Below are positions 48,608-57,865 of a stretch of 64,000 nt of DNA, one piece after another (the first letter of the stretch is position 1; each line of letters starts with the position of its first letter). A program made the translations under genes and the position numbers. The notes under the pieces were generated by a model. That model did no database searches, was not told the origin of the DNA, and saw only the letters and a list, made by a program, of their open reading frames with translations. The stretch is from Basidiobolus meristosporus CBS 931.73. Its lineage: Eukaryota; Fungi; Basidiobolomycota. The stretch lies in the NCBI GenBank assembly GCA_002104905.1, contig MCFE01000113.1, positions 102,295 through 166,294 on the forward strand. The letters are read 5' to 3'.

Positions 48608-48715
48608 GTGCGCATATTGGGTTGCCTGACACTTGAAAAAGTTGGAACGATTCATAGAAGATTAACATGACAGGGATGATGTGTAAATCATGAGCGATTA
48701 TGTATCCCACTTTTT
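48608..48715 (+). pseudogene. Degenerate U6 snRNA copy
   Basis: TTGGAACGATTCATAGAAGATTAACATGAC (48642-48671) is 26/30 identical to the U6 core TTGGAACGATACAGAGAAGATTAGCATGGC, followed by GGATGA and a T5 tract. ACAGAGA box and AGC triad are mutated; the ISL is shortened. Confidence 0.7.
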
Positions 48716-51279
48716 GGTACTCACTCAAACATTCCTCATTCTTTCGAGTTCACTTCGATTATTTATTTGATCTTGAAATATGCCTCAATATCTTAGAGGT
48801 GAGGTGCGTATTGTAAATCACCTTCGAAAATCAATATTATTATTGTGATATACCAGGTAACCATCCATGCGTCTAGTCTTACAGTGGTACTTAGTCACTG
48901 TTTTACACCTGGTACTTCCTTAGATACATCAGCAGTGCATCGCGCCTCAGAAACAGCGACGGCAATAATTGAAATATATGAAACAAACAAAAAAGAAAGG
49001 TGGGGAAGAGTCCCAACTCTTTGGTGTAGGCGATGGACTGTTTGGGACTTCAGCTTTGAGCAAAGGACCATTACATGCCTCTTTACCTAAAGTACGACTG
49101 ATCTTAGGGGCATATCAGGGCTCTGTTCTTACAGCATTAAAGAGAAGGGAAAGATCCGAGGGAGCCGTAATGTTCTTGATCGAACCAAGGTTGGATAAGA
49201 ACTGTTTGTTGCCTTGCGTCTTCCTAATTATACACCAGAGGCGTGGAAGTGATTTATTGGTTGATATTCTCTAAACAAGCGCAGACGCTCTTTGATTCAA
49301 TAACCGTCCTCAATTAACTAATCGCTATTGTACTTCATACCGATGCTTGTGTACGAGGGCCTCTTTATATCAAATAATTATTTTAGAGATCCTGATTCTT
49401 GTTATATTTTGACCTCGCACTTTATCAATAGGAATCCCGCACCTCAGATGTTTTAATCATTTCTTCAGAGTTGTGGAAAGACTGAAAAGTTGGGGAATTT
49501 TCATAGTTGCTGAAAAAACCTTATACTCGGTGGAAGCTGTTCCATGATCTCCCTGAGCGCAATCGTACCTCGAGCTTAGTAATATTCTACATAAGGTATG
49601 AATACCATACTTTTACTCAGTAAATTAATAATTGCACCCCTTCTGATCAACCCCAAATCACTTCCAAGACCCAATTTCACTTCCAAAATTGTCTACTGCT
49701 GATCGATATTAACTACATGTTGCTTGGCAAAATATCTTACATATTTGAGTTCTATCCTTAGAATGTATCAGCTCAAGTGACGCAGATAGGATTGATGTCC
49801 ACATATCTCTAACCATCATGCTCAGTCTAAAGCTGGTCTCTGAAACCTTATTCCCCAATAATGGTGCTCACTATAGAACACAGGGCAAAAAATCTTCCGT
49901 CAGAAATCAATTAAACATCACTCCATTTACTACAATCTCACTTTCATGGGTTGTACTTCCTGTAAATTAGCACAGCTGTGAGGATTTGGTAAGCAGGTAG
50001 AAGGAATGGCCAGGACCACGACGCGAACAAAAGGTATAATGGATATGGCGAGTATTGAGGCAAGTGTGACTGCTTCCTTATGGCTACCAATCTAGTCCGC
50101 CATATAAAATTGTTTTGCTGCTCTCAGTATCCTTGCGAACATTCAAAATCCATTTAGTGATACCGAATAACCTCCATACGGAACCAGATTTAAACATCAA
50201 TATATTTAACTTCAATATTTGCCACAAGGGATGTTTCATTTTCAAATTACTGCCAGTCACTCTAGTTACCGGTCTATTCCAGTTCGCTATATGATGGTTC
50301 AGCTCCTACAACAATTAGGTATACCTACGCACCTTCAAATGCCACCATATCCATCAACATTTTGATTGCGATCATTATTGAAAAGTACTAGCTGATATTC
50401 CGACGAATTGAGTTGAGATATATGGCCATTTCAATGCATTAATATCCTGGTTTATTCGGAACGGACATTATAACAATCTTGATACTTGTACTAGTGTATC
50501 GAATGAAAACACACCAAGTTTTAATTAAATAGCGCAAGGCAACAAAAACCACAAGTACTATTACATTATGAAGCTGTATGCTTAACTAATTGATACATTG
50601 CAGAGGACCGGGAAATTGATATGCTTTAGATTGAGAGTTTGGTCAGCACTAAATGTAAATTTATAGTAAGTTCAGAGAAGCCTGAGAGGCTCCATACTCT
50701 ACCTATGTTACTCAACAAAGAAGTAAATCATGGCAAACACAGAATACCAGATCAATAATATGGCGGAAGTATTTTTACCATCAAACGAACTCTATAAATC
50801 AGGAGCTATTTTTGTCATAATACATGCTGTGGGGGCTGTTAGCAGTCATTCTCAAATATTATGGTAGAAACATGATTATGAACGTGTGATTTATTAATCA
50901 TATGGTTGGCGAAAGTTGGATGAATTGTTCGGGAGTAACCGTATTGAGTGTATTCCTACAGTGATACATTCTTTTTAATAAGGACTCTTCTTTAGTATGA
51001 AGCTTTTCGGCTGCCCAGGGCTGGTTACTGGTTTAGATGCAGTTGGGTTCGACTGCTGCACCACCTCGGCTATTTTACGTAAAAGTACACACAATCCCAC
51101 ATAATAGGTATGTCATTCCTATTTCTGAAGTCAAATATCATAGCAGATCAATAGTATTGTAGTCAATTTCATAGCATTTTCGAACAGACACCTCAGTGTG
51201 GGAGCTATCGCAACAGTAATAGCTACAACATGGTTGTACCTTGTACTATAATCAACATCTGAAAGAGATGATGGTCATC

Positions 51280-51748
51280 AGCTGTTCTCTGTATACAGCG
51301 AAGTACTGAGCCTTGGGTCATGTACCTGCATGCCACCACCGATAAGCATACATGACATTGGCATACTTGATGTAACAAATATCCAGTAGACGGCAGTTTT
51401 GTTGACTTCTGACTCTGCATCATACATCAATGAATCGACAACGATTATATATTGAAGCCTCTCCAATAGGAGTTGCCACACCCAAGTCCATGTCATCTCT
51501 TCTTTCCGTTAGTGTATCCTCTACCATTGCAGCAAACAGAGGTGCCCGTGTCTCCGGTTGCCTGAATTCCATTGGTCATCTTGTATCCAGGGTTACCACA
51601 AACAGTTATAGGGGCGGAGCAAGCAGCCCAGCAACTGCCACTACAAGTACGGTTGGTTAATATCCCTTCATGGGAACTCATTTCCACAGATGCCGTAACA
51701 GCTAGATGAAATTGAAGCTAGTATAAATATTGCAATTGCTACATACAT
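51280..51748 (-). pseudogene. Secreted Cys-rich protein relic, probably NlpC/P60 peptidoglycan endopeptidase-like
   Basis: Signal peptide MYVAIAIFILASISSSCYG; Cys-rich N-domain; GYTNG..GCGNSYWRGFNI*SL (GFDCSGL-like); HV/MLIGGGMQVHDPR (HVGIYIGGG.MIHAP-like) across frameshifts. Confidence 0.45.
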
Positions 51749-52119
51749 ATATTGCCAAGCGGAGACGAGCTGGTGAGTCCAGCAAAGGTGAGCAGGGTCG
51801 GCAAGCGTAAAAAAGGACACTTTTTGATATTTTCTACGCAGTCCGGACCACATATATATACCATCTGTATCGATGCTGACTATCCCTTAGGCGCTGCACA
51901 TTTCGCGGCCAAGGTTATAGTTGGGAATACCTGATCTTTCCCTGGAATGCAGCATATAGAATTTAAGCCAGCTCAAAAATTCATGGCTTAAGAATATAGG
52001 TTGTGTAGTATTATTATGAGCCTGTCAATGCACATTAGGCCATCCGCATGTGTCTTTGATGGATTAGATACAGCCATATTGTAGCATGAGGTTAATATAG
52101 ATGGAAGGCCCTAGCTAGC

Positions 52120-52500
52120 GACCTCAATGGCTACAGCAGAAACTCATTTGCACACATCGACCCTGTAGGCAAAAGGACAATCGGATACGGCTATGCTTGC
52201 CATTCTGATCCAACTGGCTGCGCCAACATCCATCTACCACTTACCATTACTCGGCAGCAATATGGCTGAGTTCGAGAAATATTTTAGTGGCTTAATTTCC
52301 GTTACTCTGACATCAAATCAGTTTTCCGCTCAGGTACTATTCTTATTTGATGTTGGTTGTGGTGTACTAACTCTGGTATGCGGACGTTCATCAATCACAG
52401 AAACAATAAGCCTGCTGCTGCGGAATTCGGCGTGTGGATACATATCTTTCCAAGCCTTACTAGCCGAGCTCAACTACGGGCTACTTGTATTAATCATACT
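52120..52500 (+). pseudogene. GH24 (phage-type) lysozyme pseudogene
   Basis: HIDPVGKRTIGYGYAC; then, frameshifted, FEK...TLTSNQFSAQVLFLFDVGCG; then AAAEFGVWIH..PSLTSR. Catalytic Glu region eroded. Confidence 0.8.
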
Positions 52501-52806
52501 CCCTCTCATATGATCTTTAGGTCGAGGCAAGTCTGGGTTTCTACGAATAGTTTAATCACAAAACCAGGTTTCTCCATTACGACGATTGAAATCCTAAAAA
52601 GACAAGATGTGGTGCACACCGACAATAAAAAATACAAATGCTTACTGATGAGATTGCTAACAGAAGAATCCGAACCATTTGAATCTGTTATAGGTTACAA
52701 AAAAGAGGTAAGTAGCGTAGGATCGCCCAAAGCTAGAGTAATTTATCATGCAATATACTTGAATTGAAGATCTAGAAACTTTCATGGTCCTATACATCCA
52801 AGGAGA

Positions 52807-53205
52807 TCAAAAGTCGAACACGCGCCCACTGTCGCTGACCATAATGCATCGATTACTGTAGGTTCTTTCAAAATTCACCGTGCTACCGTTTCTTTTGCCC
52901 TTGATACTTATTGTAACGGGGTCGAAGATGGCAATACAAACGGTATTGGTGCTTTTCAACTTCTTGAAATCGCCATGTGCCTTGTCAAGAGCGGAACATG
53001 CAGCTTTTGCATGAGGGTGAGTACCTCCGGTAGGATGGCAGTTCAGAGTTGTCTTTGCTATTGCTGTTCCAAAAACATCCTTTCCACGGTAGATAGCAAA
53101 TGTGTAATGCGCCTTATCAGGTTTGTAGGAAGAATCCCCGGCTTCAACCAAAGTTGAGATAGCATATATAGCGACTAACGTAGAACTAAGGCTTAGGAAT
53201 CTCAT
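52807..53205 (-). CDS. Secreted Streptomyces subtilisin inhibitor (SSI, MEROPS I16)-like protein, intact, intronless
   Basis: Signal peptide; TLNCHPTGGTHPHAKAAC..L; VCIAIFDPVT; FERTYSNRC; GRVFDF*. All four SSI cysteines and the terminal VFxF are present. Confidence 0.9.
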   Translation of the reverse strand: MRFLSLSSTLVAIYAISTLVEAGDSSYKPDKAHYTFAIYRGKDVFGTAIAKTTLNCHPTGGTHPHAKAACSALDKAHGDFKKLKSTNTVCIAIFDPVTISIKGKRNGSTVNFERTYSNRCIMVSDSGRVFDF

Positions 53206-53939
53206 CAGAAAGTTCACAAGCCAAGTGGGACATCCACCGCTGAGCTTATATGCATCTGAATCTCTCGGTTCGCGTTGCTTTCCTACTAGGCATGTAGCTG
53301 ACCAACTGGCTAGAGTCCGACAACCAGTTCTTGAAATAGCATATTTTAATGAATATTACTCGCAAGGTCTCATAGCTCCACATCGTGTTTGAGAAATTGT
53401 TTTGCAGAATCTATTATTATTTAACGCCAGTTTCAGAGGACGCGAATCTGAAGAGTCGATTGAGATATAAATAGATTCCATCAATAAACTATCAATTATG
53501 GTGTTCCATACAGTTTCATCATGATAATCCACAAACAAATCACACGAAAGATGTATACTCAGGTTGGCTGTCATTGCTGGCCGACTTCTGCGGCCGTTGA
53601 GCTGAGTAGTCATCTAGGTTTACGATCCATGGAACCTAAGGACTACTTGTCTGTGCTTATCACATTTTGCAGAAAAACAATGAGCCTATTCATGCTACGG
53701 CCATGTAAACTCTTCATCAAGCCCTTGAAGCCCCAGTAGTGACTGTCTGCTCATGAATGGTTCTACTACAAAGACCAAGCGTGGCACCGTAATGATGGAT
53801 GAATATGAATGTTCATCAATGGCAGACGATTTTACTGCATCAACAATGAGGCGAGTCTAGGGACCCTTAGAAAAGCTTCTGTACTACTCCAGTGACAAGG
53901 CAATTGTATCTTTGTAGTTGGTAGATTTTTCAATGAATT

Positions 53940-54340
53940 TTTTGCAAGAGACTTGGAGATATTGGAAGTGATTAGGAGAACAAGTATATTATGTGGTTTT
54001 CACTTAATGATTTAATGAATGTAAAAGTAGTATTTATACTTTTACATGGTCTTGGCATTACAAGCATGTAGAATAGGTTAAGGAAGGTCCCAAGAACATG
54101 TGTGCAAAGTCTGGGGCTGTTTGGACAACTTATGGAACTTTCATGTTCTGGGTACTTGATGTTTTGGTTAAAATATTTTAAGTTAATCCTAACAGGAATT
54201 TGGTCAATATTCTCTAACATTTGTAGGTAATGATCTAAGTGACTAAGTTTAGTGAATATTCAAGTGGAATTACAAATTTTTGCAACACTTGCACTCAACT
54301 AAATGATCATACTGACTAATCCTAAATGTGACCAAAGATG
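53940..54340 (-). mobile_element. Copia 3' LTR (53940-54287) plus short pol C-terminal remnant
   Basis: Same LTR family as 14482-14829, more diverged; followed by sequence matching the RNase H end/PPT. Confidence 0.85.
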
Positions 54341-54894
54341 TTCTGTTGTATCCATGAGAAAAGTGTAATAAAACTCTTGAATGGTTTAACTGAACCAAAG
54401 GGGCAATTAAGTGCAGAATCTTAGGATTGTCAGAGATTGGCAGAAATATTAGCAGAGAGATTCTGATCTAATATTGGTCTGGTATTTAGCTGGGTTTGGC
54501 TATAAAGGTCATGGAGGTGGTTTGCTATGCAGGCTAGGCTTGGGTAGAAGCTAAAATGGAGTTGTTGAATTCTTATTTTTGTTGAGACACACACTAAACT
54601 AAAAGGTTCCGTCAACTTTATTTATACTTTTCTGATCAAGTTGAATTAGTAAGTGCCAAGAGACAGGACTTATTGAAATTGGTTTGGGTGTTGATAGGTA
54701 CATAAGGTAAATGAAAACTGCATCATCAATCAGCAGATGTCCTGGCAACTGCTAAGTGGTTGGATAGGTCTTAGATGACTAATCACTTGGGAAGGCTTGG
54801 CAGATAAGTTGATGATGCAATGACCACATGAAGATTGATCAAGTGTTGCAGCTAAAAATAGATTCTGAGATGAGATAAATAAAACATAACTAGA

Positions 54895-54976
54895 TTAGGG
54901 GGAGACAGTCACCAACAGGTGAGATCCTGCTTTCAGTAGAAACATAGAAGCTGCACTACTGCAATAGCTTTGGTAC
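54895..54976 (-). mobile_element. Telomeric-tailed LINE-like element, 3' fragment 1
   Basis: TTAGGGGGAGACAGTCACCAACAGGTGA... identical in layout to the fragment 6 terminus; interrupted by a Copia LTR stub (54977-55037). Confidence 0.75.
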
Positions 54977-55037
54977 TGTTGTAAGAGTCTTAGAGATATC
55001 AGAAGTGATTGGGGGAACAAGTAGATTATGCAGTTTT

Positions 55038-55585
55038 TGTTGTCAAGATTTGTAATTCCACCTAACTATTCACCTAACTTAGTCACTTAGATCATTACCT
55101 TCAAATCCTAGGGAATACTGACCAAACTCCTTGTTGGGATTTACTTAGAATATTTTCACCCAAATATCAGGTACCAATAATATGAAAATTTGATAAGTTG
55201 TCCAAACAGCCCCAAACTTTGCACAAATGTTCTTGGGACCTTCCTTAACCTATTCTATGTGCTTGCAATGCTAAGACCGTGCAAAAGTATAAATCCTACT
55301 TTAGCATTCAGTAAGTCATTTAGTGAAAACCATATAATCTACTTGTCCTCCCAATCACTTCCAATATCTCCAAGATTCCTACAACAGGTTATGAGCCCCA
55401 AGCTGTCACTCTCTGCCATGGCTACTATGGCTATTACTGGAATTTTTCTCTTTGCTGAAAAGTTGGATGGATGTAATTACCAAGTGTGAAAGGTGAAGAT
55501 GAAGATACTGCTACACAAAAGAGGCCTTTGAGATATTGTCACGGGAGAAGAATGCCCTTCTAATAATGTGGGAGAGGAAGCCTTA
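55038..55585 (+). mobile_element. Copia 5' LTR (55038-55386), PBS and gag start, truncated on the right
   Basis: LTR + GGTTATGAGCCCC + gag to ...GGAAGCCTTA, then AGGGTTAGGG. Confidence 0.9.
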
Positions 55586-55831
55586 AGGGTTAGGGGGGAG
55601 ACAGTTACCAACAGGTGAAGTCTTTATTTCAGTTGTAACAAAGAAGCCAGCACTACTGTTGTAGCTTTGATACAAGAGTGTGTAGCTGAGGAAAATTTGT
55701 AGGTAAGTGAATAAGGAGAGACAATAGTTCTTCTGTACTCAAGGCACTGTTCAGTGGGAAGGGGGGTAGCATCAGAGGTAAGAATGATTTGTGAACAACA
55801 TTGACAAGGGGATTGTGATAAGGATTGATAC
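55586..55831 (-). mobile_element. Telomeric-tailed LINE-like element, 3' fragment 2
   Basis: AGGGTTAGGGGGGAGACAG junction; - strand encodes NPYHNPLVNVVHKSFLPLMLPPFPLNSAL...KLQQ*. Confidence 0.85.
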
Positions 55832-56322
55832 TTAGGGGGAGGAAAGTCACCAAGTGGTGAAATCTTTATTTACTTATGACAAGTATCCAAAGAAGCCATG
55901 TTAATCTGAAGTAATTCCTAGAAAGCTAGGTCTCAGAGATATCTTCCTGGTGAGCCAGGTCTGAGAGTTGAGTAGCTGAGTGGTACTGTATTTCCTAGTT
56001 AGCTAGGTCTGAGAGAGGTTTCCTGGAAAGCCAGGCCTGAGAAGTGAGAATCTGAGTATATCTGAGGTCAGTTGTACTGGTTTGTGGTAGCTGAATTGTG
56101 GCTGTGATGGCCAGTAGACTGGGGGGACTGAGGGGAATTTCTGGGCAATCACTGGCCAAATTTACCAGGCAAATCTTACCAATTAGCATATCAAGGATTT
56201 CAGCCAATCAGAGCCTTTACTTTGCCCAATGGTAGATCAAGCCATCTCCCAATGAGCGCACATCAATTTATTGATCAAATTTTGCTGGATTCAGGATGTT
56301 TACCCACAACCATGGGTATGGA
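55832..56322 (-). mobile_element. Variant element sharing only the 3' UTR and tail with the LINE; carries four tandem hairpins
   Basis: TTAGGGGGAGGAAAGTCACCAAGTGGTGAAATCTTTATTT...AAAGAAGCC, then unrelated sequence. Another AGGGTTAGGG at 56323-56332. Confidence 0.65.
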
Positions 56323-56359
56323 AGGGTTAGGGATAACCACAAGACTAAGTGTTCTTGGT

Positions 56360-56890
56360 TTAGGGGGGAGACAGTCAACAACAGGTGAAATCTTAATTTC
56401 AGTTGAAATAAAGAAGCCAGCACAACTGTTGTAGCTTTGATATAACAGTGTGTAGCTGAGGGGAATTTGCAGGTAGGTTAACAAGAAGTGATGATAGTTC
56501 TTCAGTGCTCATGACACTGCTCAGTGGGAAGGGGGGTAGCAAGTGGAGTAAGAGTGATTTGTGAACAACATTAATGAGGGGAATGTGATAAGGATTGATA
56601 TTCATCATAAAGGGAGTGTGCTGCTTCAGATATTGCTGCCAAAGGTCTGTCAAGTACTTCAGGTAGGCCAGCTTGGGTTTTTCTTACTGCAGAATATAAT
56701 GAGCAAACTTCTTGACTTCAGGATCTCCAAGTATAGCTCTCCAGCAGGAGCCAGGTGTAGTGTGGTGTGTTCTCTTCCATGCCTTGATTAGTGGGTTGTT
56801 GCAATGGTGAAGTCTGAGATATAATCTGGTTCTAAGGTAGAGTAGGCTGATCATATAGGGCATAAACCCAATAGCACCAAGAATAGCATG
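56360..56890 (-). mobile_element. Telomeric-tailed LINE-like element, 3' fragment 4
   Basis: TTAGGGGGGAGACAG junction; ORF pieces AILGAIGFMPYMISLLYLRTRLYLRLH; cut by the CACTA TIR at 56891. Confidence 0.88.
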
Positions 56891-57865
56891 CCCTATGAAA
56901 AATAATTTGGTCCCAAGGGTGGATCCAAATTGGATCATCTGTCAAGATCCTGTTTAGAGATCATCATAATAACAGCAGCTTGTAATTAGTGACCCTCCTG
57001 ACAATCTTATAACCAGATCATGTTGGTGTTTTGCAAATTTTACAGCCAAATAAAGGGATAAAACTTGACAATTTTTGATCAGTGCTGTGTCAATATTTTC
57101 ATGGTATTGTTGCAGTCTTTCAGCTCTCTATTACTATTTTAAGTGGATCAAGCTGGCCAGGACTTCTAATTGCCTTAAATGGCAAGAAACTTGACGGTAT
57201 TTTGACGGCCTCACAGCAAGACACTGATGGCATTTTCTTGGCTGTATGACGGCCTACCGCTGGTTCAGTATAATGCTACTGTACCAATTTACCAAATGGT
57301 ATTTCCTTTTTCTACCTCCCCTTGTGCAATTCATATATTCCACTGTAGAATTACCTTTCTTTATTTGCTTACCCACTACTACCTTGGGTATTCCATATAT
57401 AGTTCAAACCAAAAAAACTATGGCCTCCTGCTTACTAACCTCTACAAACATGCGCACCTGCTACTATTGACACACTTCTATCACCTCAACTTAATGGCTT
57501 TTTAGTGTGATACTTGCAAAGTTGCCACATACCTTGTACTGCTGGTAGCATATACACCTTGCAAACATATGCTTGGTTGTTGCCACTTCTGCCATGAATA
57601 CCTCCTGAATATTGGCAAAGAACTTCTTGGTATTTAGCCAATAAGTTCCTTCTCCCTGCTGGATTCTAGTCCCCCTTATAGGTGCGCTCTGGCTTTTGTT
57701 TGTGTGAATTCCATATTGAATGGTGTAGAAGTTGGCTTGTGACCACAAGACATCTGGCATATCTTGGTGGAGTTTTCCTGATGAAAATTAGTTGCTTGTT
57801 GCACCTAACCCAACTTTGCATTACTTGACTGATTACCCATGCATTGGGGCTGCTTAGCTTCTTAA
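56891..57865 (-). mobile_element. CACTA-type element copy C, transposase-side end only
   Basis: Starts with TIR CCCTATGAAAAATAATTTGG; reverse complement of ~9780-10756; interrupted by a Copia LTR. Confidence 0.9.

Noticed and set aside
36235-48715. Functional 'U6/spliceosome cluster' (SNAPC5-like, USB1, CWC27, U6 relic)
   Set aside because: Unrelated genes are interspersed, the U6 copy is dead and no shared regulatory motif was seen; coincidence cannot be excluded without synteny data.
51000-51070. GGGTTCGACT resembling a tRNA T-loop
   Set aside because: No paired T-stem, acceptor stem or convincing D-arm could be built.
47000-51200. Short ORFs in the AT-rich desert (e.g. 48158-48406, 48969-49274)
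   Set aside because: No family motifs, start context or splice pattern that I can support.
53356-53939. Long - strand frame with scattered stops, possible pseudogene
   Set aside because: No identifiable domain.
55911-56040. Regularly spaced palindromic repeats as a possible CRISPR array
   Set aside because: Units are ~14-bp hairpins with short related spacers, only four copies, eukaryotic context and no cas genes.
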